From Bdellovibrionota bacterium (GTDB lineage: Bacteria; Bdellovibrionota; Bdellovibrionia; Bdellovibrionales; JAEYZS01): 64,000 nucleotides of DNA. The stretch lies in the NCBI GenBank assembly GCA_040386775.1, contig JAZKEU010000017.1, positions 85,464 through 149,463 of the forward strand. The letters run 5' to 3'. How positions within the stretch are numbered: position 1 is the stretch's first letter; every line of letters starts with the position of its first letter. Below, in pieces: positions 1-8,640 of the stretch. Both the position numbers and the translations under genes were made by a program. A model generated the notes under the pieces. It was not told where the DNA came from. It saw nothing but the letters and a program-made list of their open reading frames with translations, and did not search any database.

Positions 1-179
1 AGCTCGGGAAAAATCCTGAAGTTTTTGAGCCACCAAGAGAATACGACAGCATTATGGAATTCATCACTTCCAACCAAGAAGAATCTCGATCCGAAAATAA
101 AGCCATCAACATTATGACAAATCAATTGAAGATGATGGGGCAACCGCTATTTATGATGAAGGGAACTTTCGGTGAATAA
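1..179 (+). CDS. 3' end of an unidentified CDS entering from the left window edge (partial)
   Basis: One frame is open from the window edge to TAA at 177-179 (...NQLKMMGQPLFMMKGTFGE*). Its stop overlaps the GTG start of the next gene. No recognisable motif. Confidence 0.3.
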   Translation, partial: LGKNPEVFEPPREYDSIMEFITSNQEESRSENKAINIMTNQLKMMGQPLFMMKGTFGE

Positions 180-714
180 TCGTACAAGTGGTCTTGGGGC
201 AAGGCTTTCAATTTTATTTAGACCCGACCGTTGGAAATACATTAAGCGTACCGATGCAGATAAAGAATGCGTTTTCTGCCAAGCGGGGAGACTTGAAAGT
301 TCTTTTGATACACTGACAGTTTATAAAACAAATTATTCGATGATTGTTTTAAATAAATATCCTTACAATACAGGGCACATCTTAGTTATTCCAAAGCGTC
401 ACGAAGGTGATTATTTAACACTCACGCAAAGTGAATTTGAAGATCTACACAACACTCTAAGACTTGCTGTAAAAGCAGTAAAAGATGTTTATGAAGCTCA
501 CGGCACGAACTTGGGACTAAATTTAGATAAAGCAGCAGGCGCGGGAATTCCCGATCATTTGCACTACCATGTGGTTCCAAGATTTAGAGGTGACATGAAT
601 TTCTTCCCATTGATTGCAGAAACAAAGGTAGTTCCTGAAGCTCTAGAGGAAACTTACCGTAAACTCAGTGCGTACTTTAGAAATAAGGCGAATATCATGG
701 GAGCTAAAGGTTAA
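172..714 (+). CDS. HIT family hydrolase (histidine triad protein)
   Basis: ORF track 180 aa. Histidine-triad motif DHLHYHVVPR near the C-terminus and an N-terminal ECVFCQ segment, as in HIT/Ap4A-phosphorylase-like proteins. GTG start. Confidence 0.85.
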   Translation: MNNRTSGLGARLSILFRPDRWKYIKRTDADKECVFCQAGRLESSFDTLTVYKTNYSMIVLNKYPYNTGHILVIPKRHEGDYLTLTQSEFEDLHNTLRLAVKAVKDVYEAHGTNLGLNLDKAAGAGIPDHLHYHVVPRFRGDMNFFPLIAETKVVPEALEETYRKLSAYFRNKANIMGAKG

Positions 715-1148
715 TGAGACCAGGTTTTGAAATAGATCATATTGGTGTAGCAGTTGAAAGCCTCGAAAAAGGTTTTGAATTCTACAAGCATATGGGTTGG
801 ACAAAAATGGACACTGAAGTTGTTGCTTCAGAAAAAGTAAAAGTTGGATTTATCCAATTTGAAAACAATGTTTCTGTAGAGTTGCTTGAGCCGACTTCGC
901 CGGAGAGTGCTGTTGCTAAATTTTTAGCAAAAAGAGGTCCAGGAATTCACCATATTTGTTACCGAGTTAAAAACATTGAAAAAGTAATGGAAAAACTCAA
1001 AAATGAAGGAGTCAGACTTATTCATGAGAAACCCTTCAAAGGTGCCCATAATTGCAAAGTCTGTTTTATTCATCCTGCAAGTTGCAGTGGCGTTCTCGTA
1101 GAATTAAGTGAGAAGATGTTAAGTGAAAAAATGGCGGAGGAGAAATAA
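714..1148 (+). CDS. mce: Methylmalonyl-CoA epimerase-like VOC (glyoxalase fold) protein
   Basis: 144 aa. IDHIGVAV start of a VOC domain, GIHHICY and VLVEL motifs and a length typical of methylmalonyl-CoA epimerase. ATG overlaps the upstream stop (TAATG). Confidence 0.7.
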   Translation: MRPGFEIDHIGVAVESLEKGFEFYKHMGWTKMDTEVVASEKVKVGFIQFENNVSVELLEPTSPESAVAKFLAKRGPGIHHICYRVKNIEKVMEKLKNEGVRLIHEKPFKGAHNCKVCFIHPASCSGVLVELSEKMLSEKMAEEK

Positions 1149-1912
1149 TGAGAAATGCAGGCTATGGTGGTGGACAGCCGACAGTCATGCCCCTCACAAA
1201 AGTTGTGAAGTACCTCATTATTGCAAACGTTGCTATTTGGTTGGTTCTTCAGGTCATTGTTGAAGGATATATTTTTCCATCACTCGATTTATCCCTTTAT
1301 TTTGGATTGGTTCCGCAAAATATTTTCTTGAACTTCTTTGTTTGGGAATTTGCTTCTTACATGTTCCTACATGATGTTTCTAATCCCATGCACTTGGTGT
1401 TCAACATGTTCACCCTATGGATGATCGGAGGAGAGCTAGAGCAAAAGTGGGGATCGAAGGGTTTTCTTAAATACTACTTAGCCTCTGGTGTTGGCGCTGC
1501 AATCATCTATTTCATCGGCGTTGTGGGTTACTATGCTATTACAGGTCACATCACTCCGCTTCAAATTCCGGTCATTGGAGCTTCAGGTGCTATCTTTGGA
1601 TTGCTACTGGCTTATGGTATTTTATTTGGTGAAAGACAGATGCTTTTCATGTTTATCTTTCCCATAAAGGCCAAGTGGTTCGTGACCATTATTGGTGTTA
1701 TTGAGCTCTCAATGCTCATGAGTCGCGGCATTGCTGGCGGTCAAGCTGCAAACCTTGCTCATCTGGGCGGAATCGTTGCTGGCTTCTTATACCTCACCAT
1801 TTGGGCTAATCGCGAAAAACGCAACAAAGGCAGCGGCGGTGATGGCGGCGGAAAAAAGAAGTCCAACCTAAAACTCATCGTCAACAACGACAAACCCAAA
1901 TACTGGAACTAA
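1148..1912 (+). CDS. Rhomboid family intramembrane serine protease
   Basis: Multi-TM protein with the catalytic Ser motif GASGAIFGLL and a downstream His motif LAHLGGIVAG. ATG overlaps the upstream stop. Confidence 0.85.
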   Translation: MRNAGYGGGQPTVMPLTKVVKYLIIANVAIWLVLQVIVEGYIFPSLDLSLYFGLVPQNIFLNFFVWEFASYMFLHDVSNPMHLVFNMFTLWMIGGELEQKWGSKGFLKYYLASGVGAAIIYFIGVVGYYAITGHITPLQIPVIGASGAIFGLLLAYGILFGERQMLFMFIFPIKAKWFVTIIGVIELSMLMSRGIAGGQAANLAHLGGIVAGFLYLTIWANREKRNKGSGGDGGGKKKSNLKLIVNNDKPKYWN

Positions 1913-1930
1913 AGGTGAGCCGCACCTTTT
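1911..1930 (+). terminator. Putative intrinsic terminator after the rhomboid gene
   Basis: AAAGGTG-agccg-CACCTTT hairpin followed by T residues, immediately after the stop at 1910-1912. Confidence 0.45.
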
Positions 1931-2012
1931 CCACAGATGTGCGTCATAATAAGCTTGAAATATTCGGTGATTGAACGTATTAATTGTCCTTTAAATCTTT
2001 AAAGAGGTGAAT

Positions 2013-2204
2013 ATGAGTTTAAGTGATGCAATGAAGAAGTTAAAGTACGACAAACGTTTAACTGAGAATCTCATGAAGTATGGTGAATTGACTCAAAAAG
2101 ATCTCGATAAACACCTTGAAACTCTTGAAGATGTTGCAAGCAATTCAGAAACTCTGAATCTTTTTGATTTAGACGACGAAGATCGTTCAGCACAATCTCA
2201 TTAG
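2013..2204 (+). CDS. Small acidic hypothetical protein
   Basis: ORF track 2007-2204. The ATG at 2013 sits 7 nt after AGAGGTG. No family recognised. Its 3' end overlaps the convergent L,D-transpeptidase stop. Confidence 0.4.
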   Translation: MSLSDAMKKLKYDKRLTENLMKYGELTQKDLDKHLETLEDVASNSETLNLFDLDDEDRSAQSH

Positions 2205-3262
2205 TTCTTTGTTGTTGTGAGTTTTCTATCAAGATTAGTGCAACAACTGAAGTTTGCAGCATCGTACTGAGCAATCGCGATAGACGATGTTGTAACATCA
2301 AAATCTTCCGCAATAATTTTTAAGTTCTCAATCGTAGTCCCTTTGATAAACAAAGTCTTGTGACCGAAATCTTCGTACTTATCAGATTTATATTTTTGAA
2401 TGAACTGCACAACCCATTCATCTCTGAAGTGAATGATTCGGGGTTCAGAAATCGAGATATTGATTTCACCATAAGTTGTAGCCAATCCTGATTTATACTC
2501 TTTCCACTGATCCCAATTCATCCGTTTAGAGCGGAAAGATTTGTCGAAGTAGCTCATGTAACTATCTAAATTTTTCGATTGCCATGACTCGAGCCATTTT
2601 TTAAGCCAAGCCACCATTAATTCTCTTTGTACTTCGATTTCTTTTGGAGAAACGTACTTCACTTCATCATGGACCATGATCGGAGTGTTATTGAGCTTGA
2701 TGAGTTTCATGGCTTCATCAAAATCATTATTTCGGATTACAACGCAACCACGAGATCCCCTGGTGAGCGGAGTATTGTCTGGCAAAGTGTGGAGCCAAAT
2801 TCCATATCCTGTTTTTCCGTCTCTACGATCGAAAAGGTTGGGATAGTTCATGGGAAAGGCTCTTACGTCATGCATTCCGTATTCTTGGAAATTCAATTTT
2901 GCTTTATCTAGGTAAGACGGGAAAAAGTAAATCCCTTCTGGAGTTTTGTGGTCTCCCACAGAAACTTTGTCACCCATGGTTCTGCCAAAGTCTGCATTGA
3001 TTTCTTTGATCTTGTAATAGCCTTTGTCGGATTGTTCCCAAACATTCAAAGTGCGTCTTGATTTATCCACCACAAAAACATGGTTGGAATAAAAAGGACC
3101 TTTTCCTAAATTGATAAGACTATCAGGAACTAATTTTTCGAACTGCGGTTGTGTCTGTGGCTCTTTCTGCGGTTCTTCGGCATTGAGATTCTGCGAAGCC
3201 GGCGACAATACTGCGCCAACGAAAGCCAAGCTTAGGAGTGGTGTTCTGAAATTTATCTTCAC
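2201..3262 (-). CDS. L,D-transpeptidase (YkuD domain), secreted
   Basis: Signal peptide (LLSLAFVGAVLSPA) and the YkuD catalytic signature GIWLHTLPDNTPLTRGSRGCVVI (His ... Ser-x-Gly-Cys). Confidence 0.85.
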   Translation of the reverse strand: MKINFRTPLLSLAFVGAVLSPASQNLNAEEPQKEPQTQPQFEKLVPDSLINLGKGPFYSNHVFVVDKSRRTLNVWEQSDKGYYKIKEINADFGRTMGDKVSVGDHKTPEGIYFFPSYLDKAKLNFQEYGMHDVRAFPMNYPNLFDRRDGKTGYGIWLHTLPDNTPLTRGSRGCVVIRNNDFDEAMKLIKLNNTPIMVHDEVKYVSPKEIEVQRELMVAWLKKWLESWQSKNLDSYMSYFDKSFRSKRMNWDQWKEYKSGLATTYGEINISISEPRIIHFRDEWVVQFIQKYKSDKYEDFGHKTLFIKGTTIENLKIIAEDFDVTTSSIAIAQYDAANFSCCTNLDRKLTTTKN

Positions 3263-3454
3263 ACTTTATTGTCATGAATTTTAGGGGTTTTTGTCAAGTC
3301 ACGGATAGGTCCTAATTTAGCTCTGCAATTGCTAGTGATTTCTTAGTTTTACCCTCGAGCGTGCCCTGAAACTTCTTAAAAATGTTTAATTCTTGGCCAT
3401 TTTAATTTTTCGAGAAGAATCTATGTCTCACGGTGAGAATCTCTCTCTAAGAGT

Positions 3455-3481
3455 TAAGACCTTTGTCTGCTACTCCGATAG
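3455..3481 (+). promoter_or_regulatory. Candidate sigma-28 (FliA) type promoter for fliL
   Basis: TAAG-N15-TCCGATAG compared with the consensus TAAA-N15-GCCGATAA. The spacing is exactly 15 nt and the -10 element ends 47 nt upstream of the ATG at 3528. Confidence 0.4.
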
Positions 3482-3527
3482 GACTAATGTAGAGTGTAGA
3501 GACCAATTGTGGGTCGGGGTAAACTAT

Positions 3528-3989
3528 ATGAAAAAAATGGTTAAACTAGGTTTTGTCGGAATAAATGTGGCATCAATGTGTGTGGGCCTAGGTCTTGTGT
3601 ATGCTTCAACCATGGGTGGAGAATCTCCAGTCATCAGAGAAGAGCAAGAAATCAAAAAACTAGAGGAAGCCCGAGATAAAAGGGATGAAACTCCCCACGT
3701 CTACACAATGGATAAATTTACGGTGAATCTTGATGGATACCCAAGAAGAATCGTGCAGACGGAAATCAACCTAGAACTCTTAGATAAAACCGGATACGAA
3801 CAAGTTATTAGATTGGGATCAAAAGGCAGAGATGCTGTCGTTAGAATCCTAAATGGAAAGCAGTTTGATGATATCGAAACCCTTCAAGGCAAGCTCCGTC
3901 TGAAGGAGCAAATCTCGACCACTCTGAATGACCTTATGGTTGATGGGGTGATCAAGAATGTTTACTTTACGGAATTGATTGTAAAATAA
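3528..3989 (+). CDS. fliL: Flagellar basal-body-associated protein FliL
   Basis: Single N-terminal TM followed by the FliL pattern: DKFTVNLDG ... RIVQTEINLEL ... RDAVVRIL ... LKEQISTTLN ... IKNVYFTELIV. The track ORF starts at 3393, but the M at 3528 precedes the TM segment and lies downstream of the sigma-28-like promoter. Confidence 0.8.
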   Translation: MKKMVKLGFVGINVASMCVGLGLVYASTMGGESPVIREEQEIKKLEEARDKRDETPHVYTMDKFTVNLDGYPRRIVQTEINLELLDKTGYEQVIRLGSKGRDAVVRILNGKQFDDIETLQGKLRLKEQISTTLNDLMVDGVIKNVYFTELIVK

Positions 3990-3999
3990 ATATTTTATT

Positions 4000-5535
4000 T
4001 TAATTTCTAGGTCTGCAAATATGTATCGTGTTTGTAGCGCAATGTAGATTGCCTCCGCCCAAATGAGCGTAATCAAAGGTGTCTATAAATTCTGATTTCA
4101 AACCTCTTTTTTCGTATTCGACTTGGAGGTATTTTCTAAAGATATCGTTTGCAGGTTCCGGTGAAATTATGGTTTCAGCAACGGCAACGGAATTGGTGGG
4201 ACTGGGTAAGAATGATTTAGCCATGCCATGGGGTAGAATATATTTATTTTTTGATGTTTTGACGGGTTGGCCTCCGTAAAATATATTTGGAACATCTAAA
4301 GCATCTATTTTGCACGCAGGAAGTGCTTTTTGCAATTTGGCGAGAACATCCTTTTTTAGATTATCTATCTGTTCTTGAATAAGTTGGTTATAGATCTTCA
4401 GTTCTGAATCTTCAGTCAAAATTCTGTAAACATCTTTATTGCTCAGGTTTTCACAATTTTCTAGAGCCGGAGATTCTGCAAAAGCTTTATTTAATAGTAT
4501 GTCTCTTAAGTTAAGTAGTTGCGAAACTCCTTGCGATGAAGGATTCTTTTTTTGGTCATATTGGAGTTGGATTTTTTTGCGACACAAAAGATTGAGGCCT
4601 TGATGGTGGGTTACTCTTCTGATGAAAGTGTCATTAAGAGATTCCGTATTTTTTTTCTTAAAATTTATAAATGATCCTTCAGGATTTACCTTTAAAAGTT
4701 CGAGGGCCTTATTGGGGCTTGCAAAAGTTATTGAAAAATCGCAAGGTGCGGGATTATTTTTGTTTCTTATCACCTTGATGACTTCGTCGGTATGCCCAAC
4801 TTGCAACCAAGATGTAGGAACTTTTATTCTATTTTTTGGACTTTTATCACAAACTTCAGAAGCATAGTTTTCCCATTCTTGACCTTGAAAGTTATCACTC
4901 CCCAGAAGGCATATGCCAGTGGGAAGGGTGCCAATATTTCCCGCGGAATGACCAGAGCGAAGAGAGTCGGTAGCTGGAGAGGTGAGAGGTGGTCCTTCTA
5001 GAAATCCACATTTCTTGCTGGCTTCGGTGATTCCCCTAAAGCTGCCCTTATCAAATTTATTTTTTCGTACCGCAGAAGAGTAATTGGAAACTTCTCTCAA
5101 AGAAATTTGACCGCTTTGGGGGTTTACAAAGGCTTGCATATAGTCCTTTTGCCAAGTGTAACTTTTAACGGGCACTTGTTGTAGCAGCGCTTTGAATTTC
5201 TTTTTTTTGGCTTCGGAAATTTTTAAAGAATCAATGGAGTTGTTTATTCTTTCCATGGTTGCGTCAGATACGGGGAGCACAATCAAGGGAGGATTTTCTC
5301 CTGCGGCCAGCAAAGTTTTTTCAACAAGTTCACTTGCGAATTGGCTATCCCTTTCGTATGACCCACTATCAGATACGACCACCGCTGCCACGGGATATGT
5401 TTCGGGAACAAGTTGTCCTTTCTCAGGGCACAGGGGAAGATTGGATTTATTGCTAATCCATTCGGGGCAGGCTGCATAACTTTTAAGGGAGCTTATGAAT
5501 ATAAAATAAAATATGTATATGAGGCGCAGTCTCAT
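4000..5535 (-). CDS. Secreted protein-arginine deiminase (PADI-type, PF03068-like) homologue
   Basis: Signal peptide (FIFISSLKSYA). Three motifs align to the remembered PADI active-site segments: YTWQKDYMQ (PADI W-x-Q-D-E-M), VGHTDEVIKVI (PADI G-H-V-D-E-F) and C-terminal GGGNLHCATN (PADI G-E-V-H-C-G-T-N, catalytic Cys, codon at 4039-4041). Confidence 0.7.
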   Translation of the reverse strand: MRLRLIYIFYFIFISSLKSYAACPEWISNKSNLPLCPEKGQLVPETYPVAAVVVSDSGSYERDSQFASELVEKTLLAAGENPPLIVLPVSDATMERINNSIDSLKISEAKKKKFKALLQQVPVKSYTWQKDYMQAFVNPQSGQISLREVSNYSSAVRKNKFDKGSFRGITEASKKCGFLEGPPLTSPATDSLRSGHSAGNIGTLPTGICLLGSDNFQGQEWENYASEVCDKSPKNRIKVPTSWLQVGHTDEVIKVIRNKNNPAPCDFSITFASPNKALELLKVNPEGSFINFKKKNTESLNDTFIRRVTHHQGLNLLCRKKIQLQYDQKKNPSSQGVSQLLNLRDILLNKAFAESPALENCENLSNKDVYRILTEDSELKIYNQLIQEQIDNLKKDVLAKLQKALPACKIDALDVPNIFYGGQPVKTSKNKYILPHGMAKSFLPSPTNSVAVAETIISPEPANDIFRKYLQVEYEKRGLKSEFIDTFDYAHLGGGNLHCATNTIHICRPRN

Positions 5536-5620
5536 CTTTTAATTATCCGAAAAATAGGAGCTAAATTCAATGGAGGTTATGTCCTCTAGACGATAGTCAG
5601 GACTTTAGATGATTACCAGC

Positions 5621-6424
5621 TTAATACTCAAAGAAGTCTATATTCAAACACCGAACTATCTCTGAATCCGAGTCCACCACCCATTTGTTGATCTTCTCAA
5701 TAAAGGCAGGCAATTCTTGTCGTATCTTTTGGGCGGCTTCTTTCGATAAAGACATGGGAGCAGTATAAAAGAGGTTCTTGTCCTCAGCAAAGATCATCTT
5801 ATTAAAACCCTGCATGCGCCAATTCTGGTGATGCTTAGTCACAAGAGGGGAATCGTTGCCTAGGTGAGTTCTCTTGGCTCCGACTAGGTATTTATTTTGT
5901 TTCAGCTCACACAATCCACTTTCCAGTAAAAAATCTAAAATCTTTTGAATTTGATTTCGAGGAATCTGAAGTCTTTGCGAAATGGAATCAATCGTAAGAC
6001 TTGTATCCGTCGCAATTAAATTTCTAATCCCGCTATAAATCCATGAAGAATAAAACGTGGCTTTATCATGATCTGTAAGTTCTTTGTCTTTCTCTAATCG
6101 TTCCTTAAGAACCGATGCTTGGATTTTTAATCTTTCAATCTTCTTTTTTAATTTTTGTTTTAAGCGGTGAGTGCCGGCTCTTTCAAACTCAACAAGTAGA
6201 AAAAAATAATCCGTTTCTTTTTCGTTGAGCCCAAGGTAGTCACAAAGATCGGAAGCGAGCTCTAAGTTGAAATTCTTTTCGCCATTTAGCACTTGGCTGA
6301 TCATGGTTGTGCTGATTCCCAAAGCCTCGGCAATACGACGGCTTTCGCCGTGACCTTTCTTCGGGAGAGCTTTTAACCAGGCCTTTAAATACGTTTTATA
6401 GCTAATAAACTCATAAATATTCAT
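5621..6424 (-). CDS. TIGR02147-family HTH protein (DUF4423-type), paralogue 1
   Basis: N-terminus YKTYLKAWLKALPKKGHGESRRIAEALGISTTMISQVLNGEKNF is the TIGR02147 signature (Xre-like HTH). 267 aa, the typical length. Confidence 0.8.
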   Translation of the reverse strand: MNIYEFISYKTYLKAWLKALPKKGHGESRRIAEALGISTTMISQVLNGEKNFNLELASDLCDYLGLNEKETDYFFLLVEFERAGTHRLKQKLKKKIERLKIQASVLKERLEKDKELTDHDKATFYSSWIYSGIRNLIATDTSLTIDSISQRLQIPRNQIQKILDFLLESGLCELKQNKYLVGAKRTHLGNDSPLVTKHHQNWRMQGFNKMIFAEDKNLFYTAPMSLSKEAAQKIRQELPAFIEKINKWVVDSDSEIVRCLNIDFFEY

Positions 6425-6462
6425 ATTTGCATCCTACTAATAATACTTCGGTATTTTAATAT

Positions 6463-6500
6463 ATTTACTTAATAGTAAATTATTTTATTAGTTATTTACT
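6463..6500. promoter_or_regulatory. Candidate operator: ATTTACT-taat-AGTAAAT palindrome plus a third ATTTACT half-site
   Basis: Perfect 7-bp inverted repeat at 6463-6480 and a direct copy of ATTTACT at 6494-6500. Both lie in the divergent promoter gap between the TIGR02147 gene (start 6424) and the 6597 gene. Confidence 0.35.
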
Positions 6501-6596
6501 AAACAAATCTATCGATAATTAATGCTCAAGGTCATAATGCATTCATCAATACGAACAATAACGAAACGTGAACAGAAAAAACCAATCAGAGGTATT

Positions 6597-7058
6597 ATGA
6601 AAATTTTAATTCTTGCATTTATATTGATGTTATCTCTTCAAGCCGTTGCGGCCCCTAGAGCTTACTACAGTAGTGATAAGAACAATTTTTTGATCAATGG
6701 AAGAGAAGCTTCAGGTCAAATTTGGGGATTCGGTTATCGAGTTCCTGGGGAATTTTCAAATAATATTAATGCTCATGAAATTTATAAAGACTATGTGATC
6801 GCAAAAAATTGGTCCGGCGTACTTTTGTGGGTTGGTTTCCCTTCATACATGATAGGGGCCTTTGATAATAATGATCGACTTTATATTGGTGGAGCAGCGG
6901 CATTTATTGTTGGAGCATTTTTGTCTCGTAGCGCTAACTTAAAGCTGCAAAAAGCCATTAATATTTACAATGGCGTGCCGTCAGATTTAGCAATTAAGAC
7001 TCGAGAGGAAAGATCTAATAATACTAATTATGCTCTCGGATGGAAATTTGAATTTTAG
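6597..7058 (+). CDS. Hypothetical secreted/membrane protein
   Basis: The M at 6597 is preceded by CAGAGG and followed by a signal peptide (MKILILAFILMLSLQAVAAP). Two internal hydrophobic segments. Ends GWKFEF. Confidence 0.5.
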   Translation: MKILILAFILMLSLQAVAAPRAYYSSDKNNFLINGREASGQIWGFGYRVPGEFSNNINAHEIYKDYVIAKNWSGVLLWVGFPSYMIGAFDNNDRLYIGGAAAFIVGAFLSRSANLKLQKAINIYNGVPSDLAIKTREERSNNTNYALGWKFEF

Positions 7059-7134
7059 AATTTTTTAACAACAATTTAGCAACTATTAAAAAAATAACTG
7101 GCACTGTATGTGCTCTATAAAAAGGAACAAACTT

Positions 7135-8400
7135 ATGAAACACTTATATTCATTCTTAATAGTACTTATCGTCGTATCTTTAATCGCTTGTGGCAAAAAT
7201 AGTCCTAAGAGTGGACTTGCGTCACAGAATGCGAGTGGTTCAAACCCAAGTGGAACTATTGACGGCGGTGGTGGTAATAGCTTTAAAGATAAAATGTTTG
7301 AAAGTTATATCGTAAAACCCAAAGATCTTTCGGGATATGAAATTCTTGAGCCATTACTGAAATCTTTAAGAAAAATCTTGAATGAAGACAGTCTAGATTT
7401 TACTGAGACAGGCTTTCCATATTATCAATTAGTAAATTCTGTTTTAGAAAAATCTTGGTATCTGGTTCCTACAGATCTTCAAACAATAGCAAACGAAAAA
7501 ATAGGTGTACCTTTATCTCAAGGAACGATCCAAGTGGCATTTCAAACCTTTGATGCTGTTTGGATTAACGAAAAGGCATTTGAAAAAATGGTCCCTGAAG
7601 AAAAAGCCAAACTTATTTTACATGAAATTGTTATGGGGCTAAAAATTTTGAAATTTGAATCTGATGCAAAATTCAATCAAATTTTTGGTGTGATTGGCTA
7701 TAAAGCTGAGGATGAGGCAATAGTTCACCCAGAAAGATTGACTTTAAAGATTACTGCAGAAGATGTATCTCAAGTTAGAACCGTTACAAGAAAATTTTGG
7801 GAGCTTTTAAATTTTGTAGATCAAAAATCTAATTTTAAAAATGGTTTTAACAAAAAAGATTTTGCCGCGATTATGGAAGAATTTAATTTCGAAAGAATCT
7901 TATATCGATCTAAGACCAATGGAAACTCTTATGGACTTTATCAGCTAGGAGCTGGCCATATGGTCAAGAACATTGCATCAATTTTTGAAGGTATAAATAA
8001 TAGACATCAATTCTTAGTTGAAGACTTTTCTAAAGCCAGCTGCGAATTATCTGTTAAAAAAATTACCGATTCTCAAGCGGAAGTTGAATTAAAAATTGAA
8101 GGTAAGAAGTACTCTAAATTTAAAGTGAATCTTCCTAAAAAAATCTATTATACTTTTGGACAAAGAATCATAAACGATTCGCAAAATCCTAAAATTGATC
8201 TTATCGGACCAGGAAGTTATCCAGATTCAAGAAAGATACTTACTCTTTATTTTGAATCAAATGAACTTGAAGGTCTTGAAGTCCAAGAGCTAGCAATTGA
8301 AAATTTTAAAAACTCAGATGGTCATCCTGTAGCTTCAGGCACAGCTTTTGGAGAGCAGATTCTATGCAACAAACTGGGAACCCAAAGCACCGACGATTAG
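7135..8400 (+). CDS. Lipoprotein of unknown function (polyGly ... HE motif family)
   Basis: The ATG at 7135 follows AAAGGA. Lipobox VSLIAC, then DGGGGN after the signal, and EEKAKLILHEIVMGL about 140 aa later. The same layout occurs in the 13380-14075 protein. Confidence 0.6.
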   Translation: MKHLYSFLIVLIVVSLIACGKNSPKSGLASQNASGSNPSGTIDGGGGNSFKDKMFESYIVKPKDLSGYEILEPLLKSLRKILNEDSLDFTETGFPYYQLVNSVLEKSWYLVPTDLQTIANEKIGVPLSQGTIQVAFQTFDAVWINEKAFEKMVPEEKAKLILHEIVMGLKILKFESDAKFNQIFGVIGYKAEDEAIVHPERLTLKITAEDVSQVRTVTRKFWELLNFVDQKSNFKNGFNKKDFAAIMEEFNFERILYRSKTNGNSYGLYQLGAGHMVKNIASIFEGINNRHQFLVEDFSKASCELSVKKITDSQAEVELKIEGKKYSKFKVNLPKKIYYTFGQRIINDSQNPKIDLIGPGSYPDSRKILTLYFESNELEGLEVQELAIENFKNSDGHPVASGTAFGEQILCNKLGTQSTDD

Positions 8401-8420
8401 TTTTAGAATTTTAAAAACCA

Positions 8421-8490
8421 TTTTAGGCAAAAAAAAGCCAACCAGGAGAGGATCTTGGTCGGCTTTTCTAAATCGTGGAGCGATTTAAAG
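8421..8490 (+). repeat. Direct repeat copy 1 (about 70 bp) containing a terminator-like hairpin
   Basis: TTTTAGGCAAAAAAAAGCCAACCAGGAGAGGATCTTGGTCGGCTTTTCTAAATCGTGGAGCGATTTAAAG. The stem is GCCAACCAGGA/TCTTGGTCGGC followed by TTTT. It recurs at 9085-9155 with 3 substitutions and 1 extra A. Confidence 0.85.
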
Positions 8491-8622
8491 GCATTAAATC
8501 ATCTTTAATGTTAACTTTCCCTTCTGTATAAATTGAAACTACAGCTCCGCCAGTTAAGATTACATCAATATTATCTTTTTTGAGCTGGGATGCCACATAG
8601 AAAGCGAAATCTTTTATAGACA
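8467..8622 (-). pseudogene. Truncated remnant of a nucleotidyltransferase-like partner gene (51 codons)
   Basis: Hand translation gives MSIKDFAFYVASQLKKDNIDVILTGGAVVSIYTEGKVNIKDDLMPLNRSTI*. It resembles the N-terminus of nucleotidyltransferase-fold proteins that usually follow this kind of wHTH gene. The reading frame runs into repeat copy 1 and stops there. It is below the 60-aa cut-off of the ORF track. Confidence 0.35.
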
Positions 8623-8640
8623 TTTTTTTGTTAATAGAAT

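Noticed and set aside
1911-1930. Recurrent AAAGGTGC/GCACCTTT octamer in intergenic hairpins (near 1911, 9459, 20146, 20217 and 38283) as a dispersed repeat family
   Set aside because: The flanking sequences are not similar. About 2-3 occurrences of any AT-leaning 8-mer are expected in 128 kb of two-strand sequence. The hits look like independent A/T-flanked terminator-type stems.
3393-3527. The 45-aa N-terminal extension of FliL given by the track ORF
   Set aside because: The extension has no signal or TM character and contains the sigma-28-like promoter. The M at 3528 directly precedes the expected single TM helix.
7621-7635. HEIVM in the 7135-8400 lipoprotein as a zincin HExxH metalloprotease motif
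   Set aside because: The fifth residue is Met, not His, and the paralogue has HELLW. It is not a canonical HExxH, so I do not call either protein a metalloprotease.
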